From assembly GCA_973895155.1 (NCBI GenBank), contig OZ316895.1, positions 9,784,184-9,848,183 on the forward strand: 64,000 nt of DNA. The letters run 5' to 3'. The stretch's first letter is position 1. Each line of letters opens with the position of its first letter. Below the pieces are notes generated by a model that saw only the letters and a list, made by a program, of their open reading frames with translations, did not search any database and was not told where the DNA came from. Source of the DNA: Marsupella aquatica. Its lineage: Eukaryota > Plantae > Marchantiophyta. This document shows, in pieces, positions 11,286 through 27,227 of the stretch. The position numbers and the translations under genes were made by a program.

Positions 11286-11460
11286 GGAGCTCATGATTTT
11301 CGGTATGTGTGGTGTAGGCAAGGTGACCCTTGCAAAACCAATTTCGACCAAATACAGACTCACACAAGCGCAGCTAAAATTTTGGAAGATTTGGTGAAGC
11401 ATTTGTTTTGCAAGGGTGGTCTTGCCTATAGCGCCCCTACCGATGAAGGAAGATAAGCTT
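11286..11460 (+). ncRNA. miR482/2118-like pre-miRNA hairpin
   Basis: The 5' arm 11300-11353 pairs with the 3' arm 11389-11443. The 38-bp core has 4 G:U pairs and 4 mismatches on the + strand. The 3' arm carries TCTTGCCTATAGCGCCCCTACC (11420-11441), and its reverse complement encodes IGRGAIGKTTLAKQ. Confidence 0.75.
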
Positions 11461-11981
11461 CTGCAAATTTGGAGCGAGCGGACTGCTGTTCGGCTGCTGT
11501 TCCCTTTGTGCAAAGTCCCCGTTTGTTAATTGTCTTGTTCGCCTGGTGACCACTTCGTAGCTCGCGTATATAACAGTTTTGGGGTACAGGTGAAATGAGT
11601 AGGTTGTACTTTACTTTCAATTTCCATATGGACAATACAGGAAGAACGTACTATTGTTGAAGTTACCAAAAAATAATAGCTAGTTGGAAATGCTACCGAG
11701 TGAAACCCTTGTAGCACAACTTGACGAAGCGTCAACTTAACTGACAGCCCGGTCCTACTGAAGATTGTAATTTCTACAATTGAGAAATTTCATTTACTTC
11801 ATCTCTCTTCATCAGTTTGGGGATTCTCCTGTGCTCTCTTATTCCTAAGTAATGGTAGGTATGTCAAATGTGAGTGCCAAATCGTTCAGGGTTTTGTACT
11901 TGTAACTAAATGTATGGTGATGTTTATGAACTTCTGATTACATTGTGGTAGCAACTACTCAACATAGCGACACTTCTGATG

Positions 11982-12067
11982 GCGAACCTAACCAGGGGAA
12001 TATTCTTGTGGCCTATTTTCTGCCGTTGCGAACTGAACCAGGGGAATATTCATGTGGCCTATTTTCT
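11982..12067. repeat. 46-bp tandem duplication
   Basis: AACCAGGGGAATATTC(T/A)TGTGGCCTATTTTCT at 11990 and 12036. Confidence 0.9.
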
Positions 12068-13278
12068 TCTCAAGTATCCTGTGGAGCCCGAAGTCACCGT
12101 TAGAAAGGTGGACTGTTACGTGTTCGCCTTGCAATGATCCCGCATGAAAACAATCTACGCGGAATTTTGCACTCAACGTGAGTTTTCCGTCCCCAGCCAT
12201 TTCCTTCGAGCTTGTTGGCAAGCTTGATAGTCCAGTCAATTCTTGCCGAATGTGCCAAATAAAGATATCACCTTGCTGGTGCTCGTGTCGGCTTAGAAAT
12301 ACATGCCCAGTGTAACCCTATGGACTTCATAAACTCCAGCAAAACGACTGCTTTTGTTTGCCGTGGACACCTGTGGACTGGTCTAAACTCCAGCAAAATG
12401 TATGCTTTTGTTTGCCATGGACTCTTTCAAAGCTGCTTGAATAATGGCCCTGCAAGTTAATCAAAGTCACTAACTTGAGCAAAACGAAGTTAAAGCCAAT
12501 GAAATATCCCACTTACAAAGAGCCTTTTTAAGGACGTGAATGGCCAGGCTAACAGAAAAAGGACGAGGACTGGCCTAAGACTCATAATTTTTTTTGTCAA
12601 TCACGTATGGAACAGATCTTTGATTAATGCTCCAAATCAGAGTATTAATCAAAGTATTTAAAGTACTCAGTATTATCTCGACTTCCAAGCGCCATACTTG
12701 TTAATCGTCCTGATTTTGGCCAATGTAGACACCAGCATTGTCGCAATATCCTTCACGCTGCAAAAATAAATTAATGTGAGAACATTTGGGTATTCACTTT
12801 GAGTGAATCCAATGGATTTCCATTGAGCTTATTCCATCGGGGTTTTTACATTGAAATCCCTGTGCTACAGTGTTTTGAGCACGCGTGGAAGTTAACCTAG
12901 CAAAATTATGGTTCCTGAGGTTTCGCTTCTACACTACGTAATTCTCAATCAAATTGATTTGGGAGGGGCACTCAGTCAACGCTTCGTTTTCTTCAAATTA
13001 CGTTGTCTTCTAGAAAGTGTTAATGAACGTGAAGGCTTGTGTTCTTGTTAATGGAATTTGGCACAAAACGTTCGAGAGTGATTATTGGAATGATCAGAAT
13101 GTATTCTTCGTCACACAACGAGCAGGTGGAATAATGAGCAGCCCAATCATTTCCTCCAGATTTTGTAGCTTCCGTAGAAACGTTTTCGTATATGACGAGG
13201 AACAATCCTGAAATCCAACTTTAGAAGTAGTAGCATAGCTGAAGAATTGATCTTCAACTGGAGACCATCGTCACAAGA

Positions 13279-14739
13279 CTAAATCTCAACAAGTTCAATT
13301 GCAAACCTTTTGACTTGCTTCCGGTCCAAACATTGAATATGTCGTGATCTTCGAGACTCCTCTCGGGGAAGCAGATGCCCGTGTAACGAGCTAAAAACAC
13401 GAATTAGCTGAGAGTTGGAATCTTCGATGTGGTTGTTTGTTCCGAAGTAGTTCATCAATCTTGCTCTAGATTCCGTCTCTTGAATGTCTTTCCACAAGGT
13501 CATAACGGGAGTTGATAAATCATCAACTTGGCTCGCCACACTATTGTCGTTTTCTTCACTTGTGGGCACTCGTTGCACATGGGTTGGATCCTGAGCTGAG
13601 CATTTGTCATTCAATTTGTTGCGAAAATAGGTGAGAATTGGCACCAAGTTTGTCTCAAACTCCCCTGAAGTAGTGCTGAGCTGCTGGTCCGTCGCCGTGA
13701 TGTGCTTATGTTGTCGTGCTTCACCTGCTACTTCACCCATCCACTGCCAGAAATTCCGTTCTTGGTGATTGCATTCCACTAGCTCTTTGATCATGCACTT
13801 TGCCATCTCTAGAGTCCTCAGGTATTTCTCTAGAGTTTTCTGGTGCTCTAATAGAAGCAATTCAAATGGGCTGAATGGGTGGCCTTCGGGGCCTCTCACA
13901 TTCTCTAGAAGCTGCATCTGATTCAGTTCATGACTCCGCTTGGTCTTACAAGATATAAGAGCATATAGGGACCTCAAGGTCATCCCTAAACGACCACACA
14001 TCATGAGAAGCTGGTCACTTTGTGCTTTGACTTTGGCTCGACTACTCTCACCCAAGCTATTGGATGTTGCGATCACTTTTGCCACGTACTGGCTAGCCTC
14101 TACCATTGCTTCTCTTCCCCTCTCCATAGCTGAGGCATCCAAGAAAGTGTTAGTTATCACAGGTGTATTTCCCAAAAACGAACCAAAACGTATCTCCAGG
14201 GCACGAGAAAAGACATCAGTGTGGCAAATGAGCCATCCCATAGCCAGCAAGAGATGCCTACTCTCACTGCTTTCATTGTTCAGACCAAATAACGGAGAAT
14301 TGGGAGCATAGCCCCACAAGGCCAGATAAAATTTCACAAAGCAGAGTCGTTCTTCCTGAGAGGTACTACTGGCGTCAGGCATGGGCATCACATCAAGATA
14401 ATCCATTGCCAAGGGACCTTGAATGATGTTCCCAGAGCAGTGATGCTTGTTGTCACGGCCAAATTCTCCATCTCCTACAAAAGAGTAAGCGGCAATCTGA
14501 CCATTGTTGTACTGATCCTTCTTTGCAGATACTGAGTGAGGAGGGGGATTGCTTGGAGGCCGAGCCAAGGCTAGGTGGAAGACAACCAGATCTGACAGCA
14601 ATGAGAGGACAGAGAGTGTAGCTGACGGATCATTGTCAGCTGCAAGAAGAAGATGGTGGGCAGGGCAAGGTTTGATACCAAGAGTGTAAAGAAGGGAGTT
14701 CAGGTAGCTCAGAGAGGAAGATAGACTCTTACCCACCAT
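13279..14739 (-). CDS. TEDC1: Tubulin epsilon and delta complex protein 1 (TEDC1/C14orf80)-like
   Basis: Long ORF from ATG 14739. The motif FVKFYLALWGY...SESRHLLLAMGWLI and a later coiled-coil with FWQWM match TEDC1 as I recall it. The 3' end is uncertain: an acceptor near 13210 precedes a frame reading DCSSSYTKTFLRKLQNLEEMIGLLIIPP, so a further exon down to about 13095 is possible. Confidence 0.65.
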   Translation of the reverse strand: MVGKSLSSSLSYLNSLLYTLGIKPCPAHHLLLAADNDPSATLSVLSLLSDLVVFHLALARPPSNPPPHSVSAKKDQYNNGQIAAYSFVGDGEFGRDNKHHCSGNIIQGPLAMDYLDVMPMPDASSTSQEERLCFVKFYLALWGYAPNSPLFGLNNESSESRHLLLAMGWLICHTDVFSRALEIRFGSFLGNTPVITNTFLDASAMERGREAMVEASQYVAKVIATSNSLGESSRAKVKAQSDQLLMMCGRLGMTLRSLYALISCKTKRSHELNQMQLLENVRGPEGHPFSPFELLLLEHQKTLEKYLRTLEMAKCMIKELVECNHQERNFWQWMGEVAGEARQHKHITATDQQLSTTSGEFETNLVPILTYFRNKLNDKCSAQDPTHVQRVPTSEENDNSVASQVDDLSTPVMTLWKDIQETESRARLMNYFGTNNHIEDSNSQLIRVFSSLHGHLLPREESRRSRHIQCLDRKQVKRFAIELVEI

Positions 14740-17377
14740 TATGTATGATGAACACAAAAGCACAGGAAAAATAGGTCCTAACTCAGAGAACCGACATCTA
14801 TACTGAAGTTTGTGAGAGAAGAGATATCCAGATCCTACACCCTAAAAATCTAAACAGTCCCCAAGAATGCGCGTAAGTGAAGTGATTGCAAGTGGATTTT
14901 GTGGATGTCGTGAGTGATGTGGGTCATACGGGAGGTCGACAATTCTGGTGACAAAGTGAATATGCTTGTGTGGTGAAGCGTATGCTGAGTATCAAGTCAC
15001 TATGGCTCATTTGAAATGAAATCTTCACTACTTTCAAAAATGGACGACACAGTTTTGGTAAATAGAGGCCTATGATTAGTGGGTGTACAACCTTAAATAC
15101 ATTGCATAGCCAATCCCACTGCCAATCATTTTTTGACTTGAATACCAGGCCCGTGAATGAGGGGGGCGGTCACAAAGGCTGAACTACATTACACTACTTC
15201 TAGTTGTTTGAAGAAAACTATTACTCTAAGTGTCAAAACCATGTTTGAGATATGCCCAATGTCATTTTTCAGTTATTCTTGAAATACCAATAGTTTCTTG
15301 GAATTGAGTTGACAAGATGGGTGGATCATGGAAGAGGAATACCTCTGTCTCCAAGGACTGACTGGTTACTTGCATCGTTACATGTGTCATGTCAAGTCAC
15401 TCCCAAGCAATGTGTTTGTGGTTCACTATGCTCTTGGGCCAAATTGGCCAATTCAAGAGTGATACTGGGTGACCTCACCCCTGGAAAAAGCAAAAGTTTT
15501 TACCTGAGGCACTTTAGTCTCTTTAGTACTCTGAGACCACTAAGCAAACACTGTAATAATTCTTTTCACTACCATGTAAGCAATTAGCAAGTAAGGATGC
15601 CAAAGTGGATGCCATCATGGATTACCTTCTTCAAGGTACAGTACCCAAACTGCACTCAACTATGCAAAAACTAATACACAGTTGCATGATTTTGGCCACC
15701 CTGGAACAATAGAGTGAAGTTGAACCCAACTCTGCGTTTAAATTGTTAGCAGGAACCTAGGCTCCCTCACGATTTCCTACCCACAAAATGGTTATTAATT
15801 TTCTTGCATAAAATCCTCAAGTTAGAAGTTACAATTTGAACCCTAGACCACACCCATGTACGTTAGTTGCACCACAACATTGAGGTAGAGGTTAGAGCCT
15901 TAGATAAATATGTTAGAAGGTTAACGAATCTTCTTGTTTAATCTTCCACCAAATTCTCAATTTTATATATTTCAATTCAAACTTATGCTATTGCAAGTAT
16001 CATGCAAATATGACGTCAATAAATATTATTTACCTTGCATTCATTATGGTTTTTCCAAACAAACTAAATGAATGATAAACAATTTCTTATATTTTTTCCT
16101 CATAGTTCGTATATTTTTTCTAGCAGAAAAATAATGACATTTGGTATGCTCTTACATAGATAAGGATAATTTCTCTATCATAGGTATTTGCAACAAAATT
16201 TTAAGAATAATCTATCATAGAAGCCTAAATCCAATTTTGCTATTACACAAGAGGTGGACTCAAAAATACATTTGCATACCAAATCATAAATTTTTTAAAG
16301 AATTTTTAGAAAATCCTAAGTCAAGATTCATTGAGGTAACTTGACTTCTTGGTCTAAACACTCAATCCAGCCACACTCATCCATAACCATCCATAACCAA
16401 CAAGAAACTCACATTGGTGACATATGTGAATATATTTGATATTTACTCTTAATTTTCACTTCATCCTATTGTGACCAAACCCTCTTTGATCACAGGCTTG
16501 GTTAATGTAATACCTAATCTATGTTACTCTTGTGCTTACCTTAATTAAAAGCACCTAACCCCAAATCTTATATAATCTTGCCATTAATTACCTAGTTAAT
16601 GTCACACTTACCTTATGCTAATTTTTTCACTACTCAAATTAAAAACACACCTAACTCAAATCTTATACAGCAGCAGACTTGATTAGAAGAAACATCCTTT
16701 TAAATTTTTTTACTCATATTTAGTTCATGCACATTCCTATTTACATTGTTGTCGAGAAGCAAGGACTAAATTAAAACATAAAATAGTACTTGGATATTTC
16801 TGTCCACAAAGTATATTGTAGTAACCAAATTCAACTTTTAAATATGTTTTTGTAATTACAAACATGACACAACTTTATATATAGTTCCGCTTGTTACTTT
16901 GGTATTAATATATAGTCATCCATATGGCCATTTCTATGAATAAAAAAAATAGTGACACGAGTGTCAATTAAAATATATTCTAGTGCATATATAATTTTAA
17001 TTGATCATTGACACGAAATTTATCAACTGTATTACTCCTTCCTATAGCACTTTTGACTTAGTACTTCGATCCATTCTCCCAATAGAGTTAAACATTTAAA
17101 AGATTAAACTTTAAATAGATTAAAGTTTGCTTAATGGAAAAATACTAAATGAACTTATTTCTCATATATATATAATTTAATGTTCACAAACTCCGAGAAA
17201 AGACGCAAACGGCACAATGACTCATAATCCGGGATAATTCACACCAAAGGGACCGAATAAGCTCAATTTTCACAAATGAAATAAAGTATTATTAAAATAA
17301 TTCGCAAATTTTACACACTTTCTTGAGATTCAGAAGAGATACTTCGCAACATTATCCTACAATTTCAGAAAATGTTG

Positions 17378-17474
17378 TTTAGTGCGAGGTAAGGTTTAGT
17401 GACAGGTAAGGTTTAGTGATAAGGTAAGGTTCAGTGAAAAGGCAAGGTTTAGTGCCAGGTCAGGTTTAGTGACA
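17378..17474. repeat. 17-18 bp minisatellite (AGGTAAGGTTTAGTGAC), about 5.5 copies
   Basis: Directly visible tandem array. Confidence 0.9.
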
Positions 17475-18497
17475 AGTCCATGTTCTTTTATCCAGGTTTA
17501 CCAGAATTAAACATGCTCCTTTACTCTTGGACGAGGGAAGCACAACTGAGGAAGCAATCTCAATAGAGACAAGTGCAGAGAAACAAAAAACATCATCAAG
17601 AAACCATCCAAATACAAAAGATTCCATTTCATTTCACCTACGTTTAAACCAAACCACCAGACTTATTTGCACATATAAGGGGAAATCGGACCGAAGTGCA
17701 GAGAATGATAACAAGCGGACAGAAATCTGCCATAGTCAAGAGCACCCATCTAAATAAACTCCAACACAAAACACGAGCCTCCTAGGAATATTGGCAGCGA
17801 TGGCAGTTCCAGGAAAAATTAGGAACCAAACTTCATACCTACACCGTCTCAAAATTTCCGAGCTCTTCACGGGCCTCGAGCCCAACTACCATAAATGTCT
17901 GTGTCCAGCGCTTAGGAGTAGTTACTAGAGCCTATCGTAAAGTGCGATCACCACGAAGTCCAACGACAAGCATGTCACAGCAAGTGCCTGAAGTCCTTGA
18001 CACTCACACGAATTCTACAGATTAGAAAAAATTGACCAATAAAAAATAGAGAAAAAGAGGGAAAAGCTAAAAAACTCCAGGAACGGGAATAAAGACGAAT
18101 GTTCAATCCCAGCTTTCTTTCCCCAGTACATAGCACATGGGGGAGAATCTCGGACAGACTTGAACTCAGCTGCCTCTGAAGCCCCAAAAAACGGCTCTGC
18201 CACCAGTCAAAACCTTGGCAGCGTGCAGCGTTGCCTCTTGCAAGTTTGCAGAGGAATATCAGTTACTCGAGACCAATACGGCCATGTGAAACCCGAAACA
18301 GAAAACTGAATAGGAGCCTGGATCCCTGCGCCGGATCTGAAGAACACCGAGGCTTGCAGCGCCGCGGAAAGGTAGCAAGTCAATACCCAACATAGATCCT
18401 TCCACACTTCTCCCACATAACCCCACTCTCCAAATCTCCCAAAATCGGATGCAATTGCAAGAACTAAAACCAGATCGATAGCAACTTCCACTGTTGT

Positions 18498-22514
<4,017 letters not shown>

Positions 22515-22643
22515 TCAAAAAACACTTAGTCCCGGATCTGACACGGAGTGAAGATCCCCGAGTTCGTAGCGGAACGAGATGAACCAAAACCTTCCCGGCA
22601 ATCTCCTTCGCGGTAGACAGACGCGTGATGTAAGTCTCGTCGT

Positions 22644-22677
22644 TACTTTTGGATTTTTTAATTTTTAGGGGTTTTTG
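22644..22677 (-). promoter_or_regulatory. A-rich tract in the PABP 5' UTR, candidate autoregulatory element
   Basis: Minus strand reads CAAAAACCCCTAAAAATTAAAAAATCCAAAAGTAA, about 160-190 nt upstream of the ATG. Confidence 0.5.
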
Positions 22678-24570
22678 GACCTTGCTCGCAGAGATATGGA
22701 CTGCAGAATCGATGAAGAGAGGCCGAAGAAGATCACGACAACACCCTCGCACGCGAATGATTTCAAAAACACACCAACGCAACACGAACGATAATAATAA
22801 TCACTCCGCGCTCTTCCTTCGCCCTTCTCTTCCACCTTCCGAAACTTAACAGTAGTCCCTTATTCCAATCTCTGCTTGCAAGGCCCGGCTTCACTGTCCA
22901 ACCATCGCCGACGAACGCCCTTCCGATGTGGTGCTAGGCGCGTCAGGAGGCGTTAGCGACTTCAAATTACCATCAAACGTTCGATCGCCGGACTTACGAA
23001 CAGCACCATATCCTCCAGCGTAGGTATGGCCTGCGCTGCGCAGCCTTGCCTCGCCTCCAGATAAAAACGACGCGATCCAAACGAATAATGACCCGTTCTC
23101 CTCCGCCTCGCCCCTCTCTTCCTCTTTCTGCTCCTCCTCCTCCTCCTCCTCCCTCCGCGCTCCCTTCCTTCCTTTCACGCTCCCTCGCTCCCTTCTCGCT
23201 GCCTGGCTCAGTGGCTCCGGCGGGCGGGCGGGATGTTTGGCTGGCTCGCTGGATCGCTGCCTTTCCTCACTGTAGTTTGCCCCGATTAGACGAGGCGGGG
23301 CGGGATGGGCAGCCTCACTCGCTGGCGTGCAAACGAAAGGCGGAGCACTGAAAGCCCATTCCGTTTTTAGGTTTTCCTCCACTTCCCTCTCCCGCTTTGA
23401 GCGACCTGCCCCTTCCGCACTGCCGCGTCATCAGTTCGGTCGGGTATGTCCGTCCATCCCCTCGCGGCTCCCCTCCGTCCCTCGCCGCAACGGCGACCGC
23501 GCCACTTCCCGTCCTTTTACAGTCTGTTTTCTGGTTTTCGCCCCCCGGAGGTACTCTACGATGGGTGACTGGCTCCTCAAGTCTACGGTGGAAGACAAAT
23601 GTGACGAGAACGTACCGTAGGGTTGAGTTCCCGTCCGTTGCAGGATCGCCAGTGGACGGAGGCCTTGGATACTGGATACTACTTTACCGCTCTACCAGGA
23701 GCAGCTCCTGGTAGGCCGGTAAAGTGTCTCACTTCATGCGCAAATTATTTCAATCTGGTGGAAATCGATTCAATCTAGGCCATCGATTCGGAATATCGAT
23801 GGTTCACATTTCCAGGAGCCGTCCATTTTGGAGGGAAGTTTTTGTTTCCCCCGATAATAGTAGAGTGTAATAATAAGGCGAGGAGGGGGAAATTAACTAC
23901 TGTGTCTATCGAGTGAAACTAAATGTTAATTGAATCGAGGCCTTCCATCTCGACTATTGACGGTTGAGCTTTCTAAGGGGATTATCCATTTTGGGGGAAG
24001 AAAATTAATTACGTCAACAGTAGTGAGCGAAGTCAGTCCTCGCTGCTCAGGCAGTAACAGTGACAACCCGCGCCTCCACCCCCATACTCACTCCACCCAT
24101 CCACCCTACCTGTAGTTGGTTTTCTTGTGGCCCTCCGCCAGCTTTTTTACCTTTGTTTTCCCTTTCTGTGCCCCATTCTTTTCTTCCCATGCAATCAACT
24201 TCTATAGTGAAAAAGACAACGGTTCTGCCAAATTCTTATCTCCTGCCATTTGAAGAGTGAGGGGATAGGCCAGGACATAAAAGACTTTCCAATCTGTACA
24301 TGTTAAAACTTAGCATCCAACAAATGAAAAAAATTATGATTCACAATAGCAAATAATATTTAGTTCTAGTATCCCTTGGTATGTAAGTTTGATATTAATT
24401 AACAAGTCTGAACGATGAAGAGTTGCATGTTGAAATAGGTTTGGGTATGGAGATGAGTGAACAAAAAGATGAGACTATTCATGGTAAGATTCCAAACTTT
24501 CCCTTGGTACTTCTATGTACATACAGCCCATATGACATTGCATACAGTCCACGCAAAATGTTAAAGTAGC

Positions 24571-24690
24571 CAAGGGGTTTATTATGTTCCCTTGGCATTC
24601 CCATCCAAGAGGTTTATTATGTTCCCTTGGCATTCCCATCGTAACCAGAGGGTTTCTTACATTCCCTTGATATTCTTGTGTCCATTGTAG
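24571..24690. repeat. Short diverged tandem repeat (GGTTTATTATGTTCCCTTGGCATTCCCATC)
   Basis: Two exact copies near 24576 and 24611, plus a degenerate third. Confidence 0.8.
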
Positions 24691-26226
24691 CCGAAGAGTT
24701 TCTTACGGTACCATACAAGCTCAAAATTTTCTTTCTACTCATGGTCATTTCAAAAGTTTGTCAATCAAATATTAAATTTACCAGAAATCACTGCCATATC
24801 AATAACAACCCATCCAAAGGTTAATTTTCATTTACCATTGTTTTTACAGTTATGGGGTCTAATTGTTTTTCTTTCTTGCTTCAAACACAACTAGTCATGT
24901 TTGGATCTTCTTGCATAACTAATGGTTCTTATGTGTGATCAATAGTTCTAATGTGGCTGCATGTGCTTCCAGAGATTTTGGAAGGAGCTTCCAATGGGGG
25001 TCCGTAATGAACTCATTTTAGGAACGGATCCATACTCAACTAATGTTAACAGTTGACCCATGCTTAGTGACAAGTGCTTGGTTAGTCTGAGTAGCGGACC
25101 CATACTTGGAGGGGGAACCATACTCTGCTAAATTTGGGAGAACACCCATACTTGACTAATTATGGCATCTGATTCCTGCTCAGCTAGGTTAACCTTAGGA
25201 GCGTATCCATGCTCAACACATGTGAGACAACCTAAGTGCAAAGGCACAGGTACGTTGTGAACTGGTTACAAAAGAAAAGATCCAAGTTAGCTACAAGATC
25301 CAAATTAGCCCACTTACCTCCTCCCAAAACTACCCTCATCTTTCATACATTGTAGTTTCTATGGATACAATACTTGAGATGGTATCTCATGACTCATGCT
25401 TACTTCTGTGTCCCAATACCTGCACGTCAAAATCTTGCAGCCCGATAAGTATAAAAGATAGGTTAAGTTTACCATGGTATGGAGGATCCATTCAACCATT
25501 GGATGCTTGTTGGTAGCATAGTACACCTCATGTAGCTGGTTTTTGGTATGCAATTGCCATCAGGCCTTACTTCTAGCCAATTTTTGTCTAGTTTTGAAAT
25601 TGTCAGATCCTTCAAGGCAAAAGTTGTTGTAAGGTATAGCTAATTGTCACATTGGCATATTTATCAATTCTGCTAGAGTTCAGTCTTTTCATGAGACTGA
25701 ACTCTGAGACTCTCAACAAAACTAGCACTGACCAATATGAAGATTGGAAGCCAAGCATAGCCCACACTTATTCCAAAATTGGAAAGGTGAACAGATTTAC
25801 AACTCAAGTTATGAAGACAATGTGATTTGATACTGACCATCCTCTGCTAAAGAGGAGATCGTATTATATACATGGAGTTAGAGAGTATTTACTGAGTGGC
25901 GAGCCCAGCGGAGAGCCCAATGGAGAGGAAACTAACTTTTAACAAAATTTCCATATATTTCACCCTTGAGCATTGGCTACTTTTGAGCCATGTCCAAATG
26001 TCCACATATGCACACATCTTTCATGCTTTCTTCAAGGCTTGCTTGGGGAAGGCTTGTAGTTGGTGTTGAATTAAGTTCATGGGTCAGCACGCCCAATCTT
26101 TGAACATGGCCCATAAAAGCACATGGGGTACCACAAGATTACAATGGACCAAGTTTTCTTAATACCCAGAATGGTGAACAATTATACAAGAGTGCTATTT
26201 GAGTACGATGACAGTATCCTATTAAA

Positions 26227-27227
26227 CTAGCTCAATACCCGTGCGTTGCACAAAAGAAGTAGTGTCGGCCAAGATGTCGTTGAGAAAAAAAGATGTCAAG
26301 TCGGCCAAGAGGTCGTTGAGAGAAAAGATGTCTTGTCGGGTGAGATGTCGTTGAGAAAAAAGATGTCATGTTGGCAAAGACATCGTCGAGGGAAAAGATG
26401 TCATCTCAGCCAAGACATCATTGAGGGAAAATACCTGTGCGTTGCACAAAAGATGTCGTTAAGAAAAAAGATGTTGCCCAAAATGTCGTTAAACTAAGCA
26501 TGTTGTGGTGCCCAAGATATTGTTAAGAAAACAGATGTTGTGTCCCCCAAGATGTCGCTAAGAGAAAAGTGTTGTGGCGCCCAAAATGCTCTTAAGAGAA
26601 AATATGTTGTGTTTCCCAAGAATGATATTCTTATGTGAAAGATGTCATGAAGTAAAACGATGTTGTTAAGAAAATAAGTCATTTTACCAAAGATGGCATG
26701 TTGCCAAAAGGTCATCAAGTAAAAAATTGTCGTCAAGTAAATAGATGTCATGTCGCCAATGATGTCGTTATGCCAAAGATGTTGTTAAGTATTAAGATGT
26801 TGTTAAGTACAAAATGGTCAATAGATAAAGTATGTCATTAGTCAAAGATGTTGTGAAGTAAAAGATGTTGTTAAGTACATCTTGGGCTTGATACCTGTGC
26901 ATTGCACAAATTATGCATGTTGAGGTGAGAAAATATGTCAAGGTGAAAAAAGATGTTGATGAGAGAAAAACATTTTGAGCTGAGAAAAATATGTCAAGGA
27001 GAGAAAAGATGGCAAGATGAGAAAAAGATGTCGATTAGAGAAAAAGACATATGTGGAGGTGAGAAAAGATCTTGAGGTGAGGAAAATATGTCAAGATGAG
27101 CAAAGATCTTGAGGTGAGAAGATCTTCATATGAAAAAAAAATGTCAAGACGAGAAAATATGTTCTATATATTTTATTTATATTCAAAATCTATTTCAAAA
27201 AAATAGAATTATCTATATATGAATAGA
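26227..27227 (-). mobile_element. Non-autonomous Helitron (about 1.0 kb) filled with a degenerate ~19-bp AAAGATGTCGTTGAG repeat
   Basis: On the minus strand the 5' end is TCTATTCATATATAGA (27227) and the 3' end is GTGCAACGCACGGGTATTGAGCTAG (hairpin followed by CTAG, ending 26227). It is inserted between A and T with no TSD. Internal copies of the 3' motif lie near 26430 and 26890. Confidence 0.7.

Noticed and set aside
10619-11513. NLR gene or pseudogene, suggested by the GxGKTT ORF fragments
   Set aside because: Only the P-loop segment recurs, in both orientations, with no colinear kinase-2, GLPL, MHD or LRR in frame. Hairpin arms explain the pattern better.
22891-23714. GC-rich ORFs upstream of PABP
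   Set aside because: Low-complexity GA/CT-rich leader and promoter sequence that lacks stops by composition.
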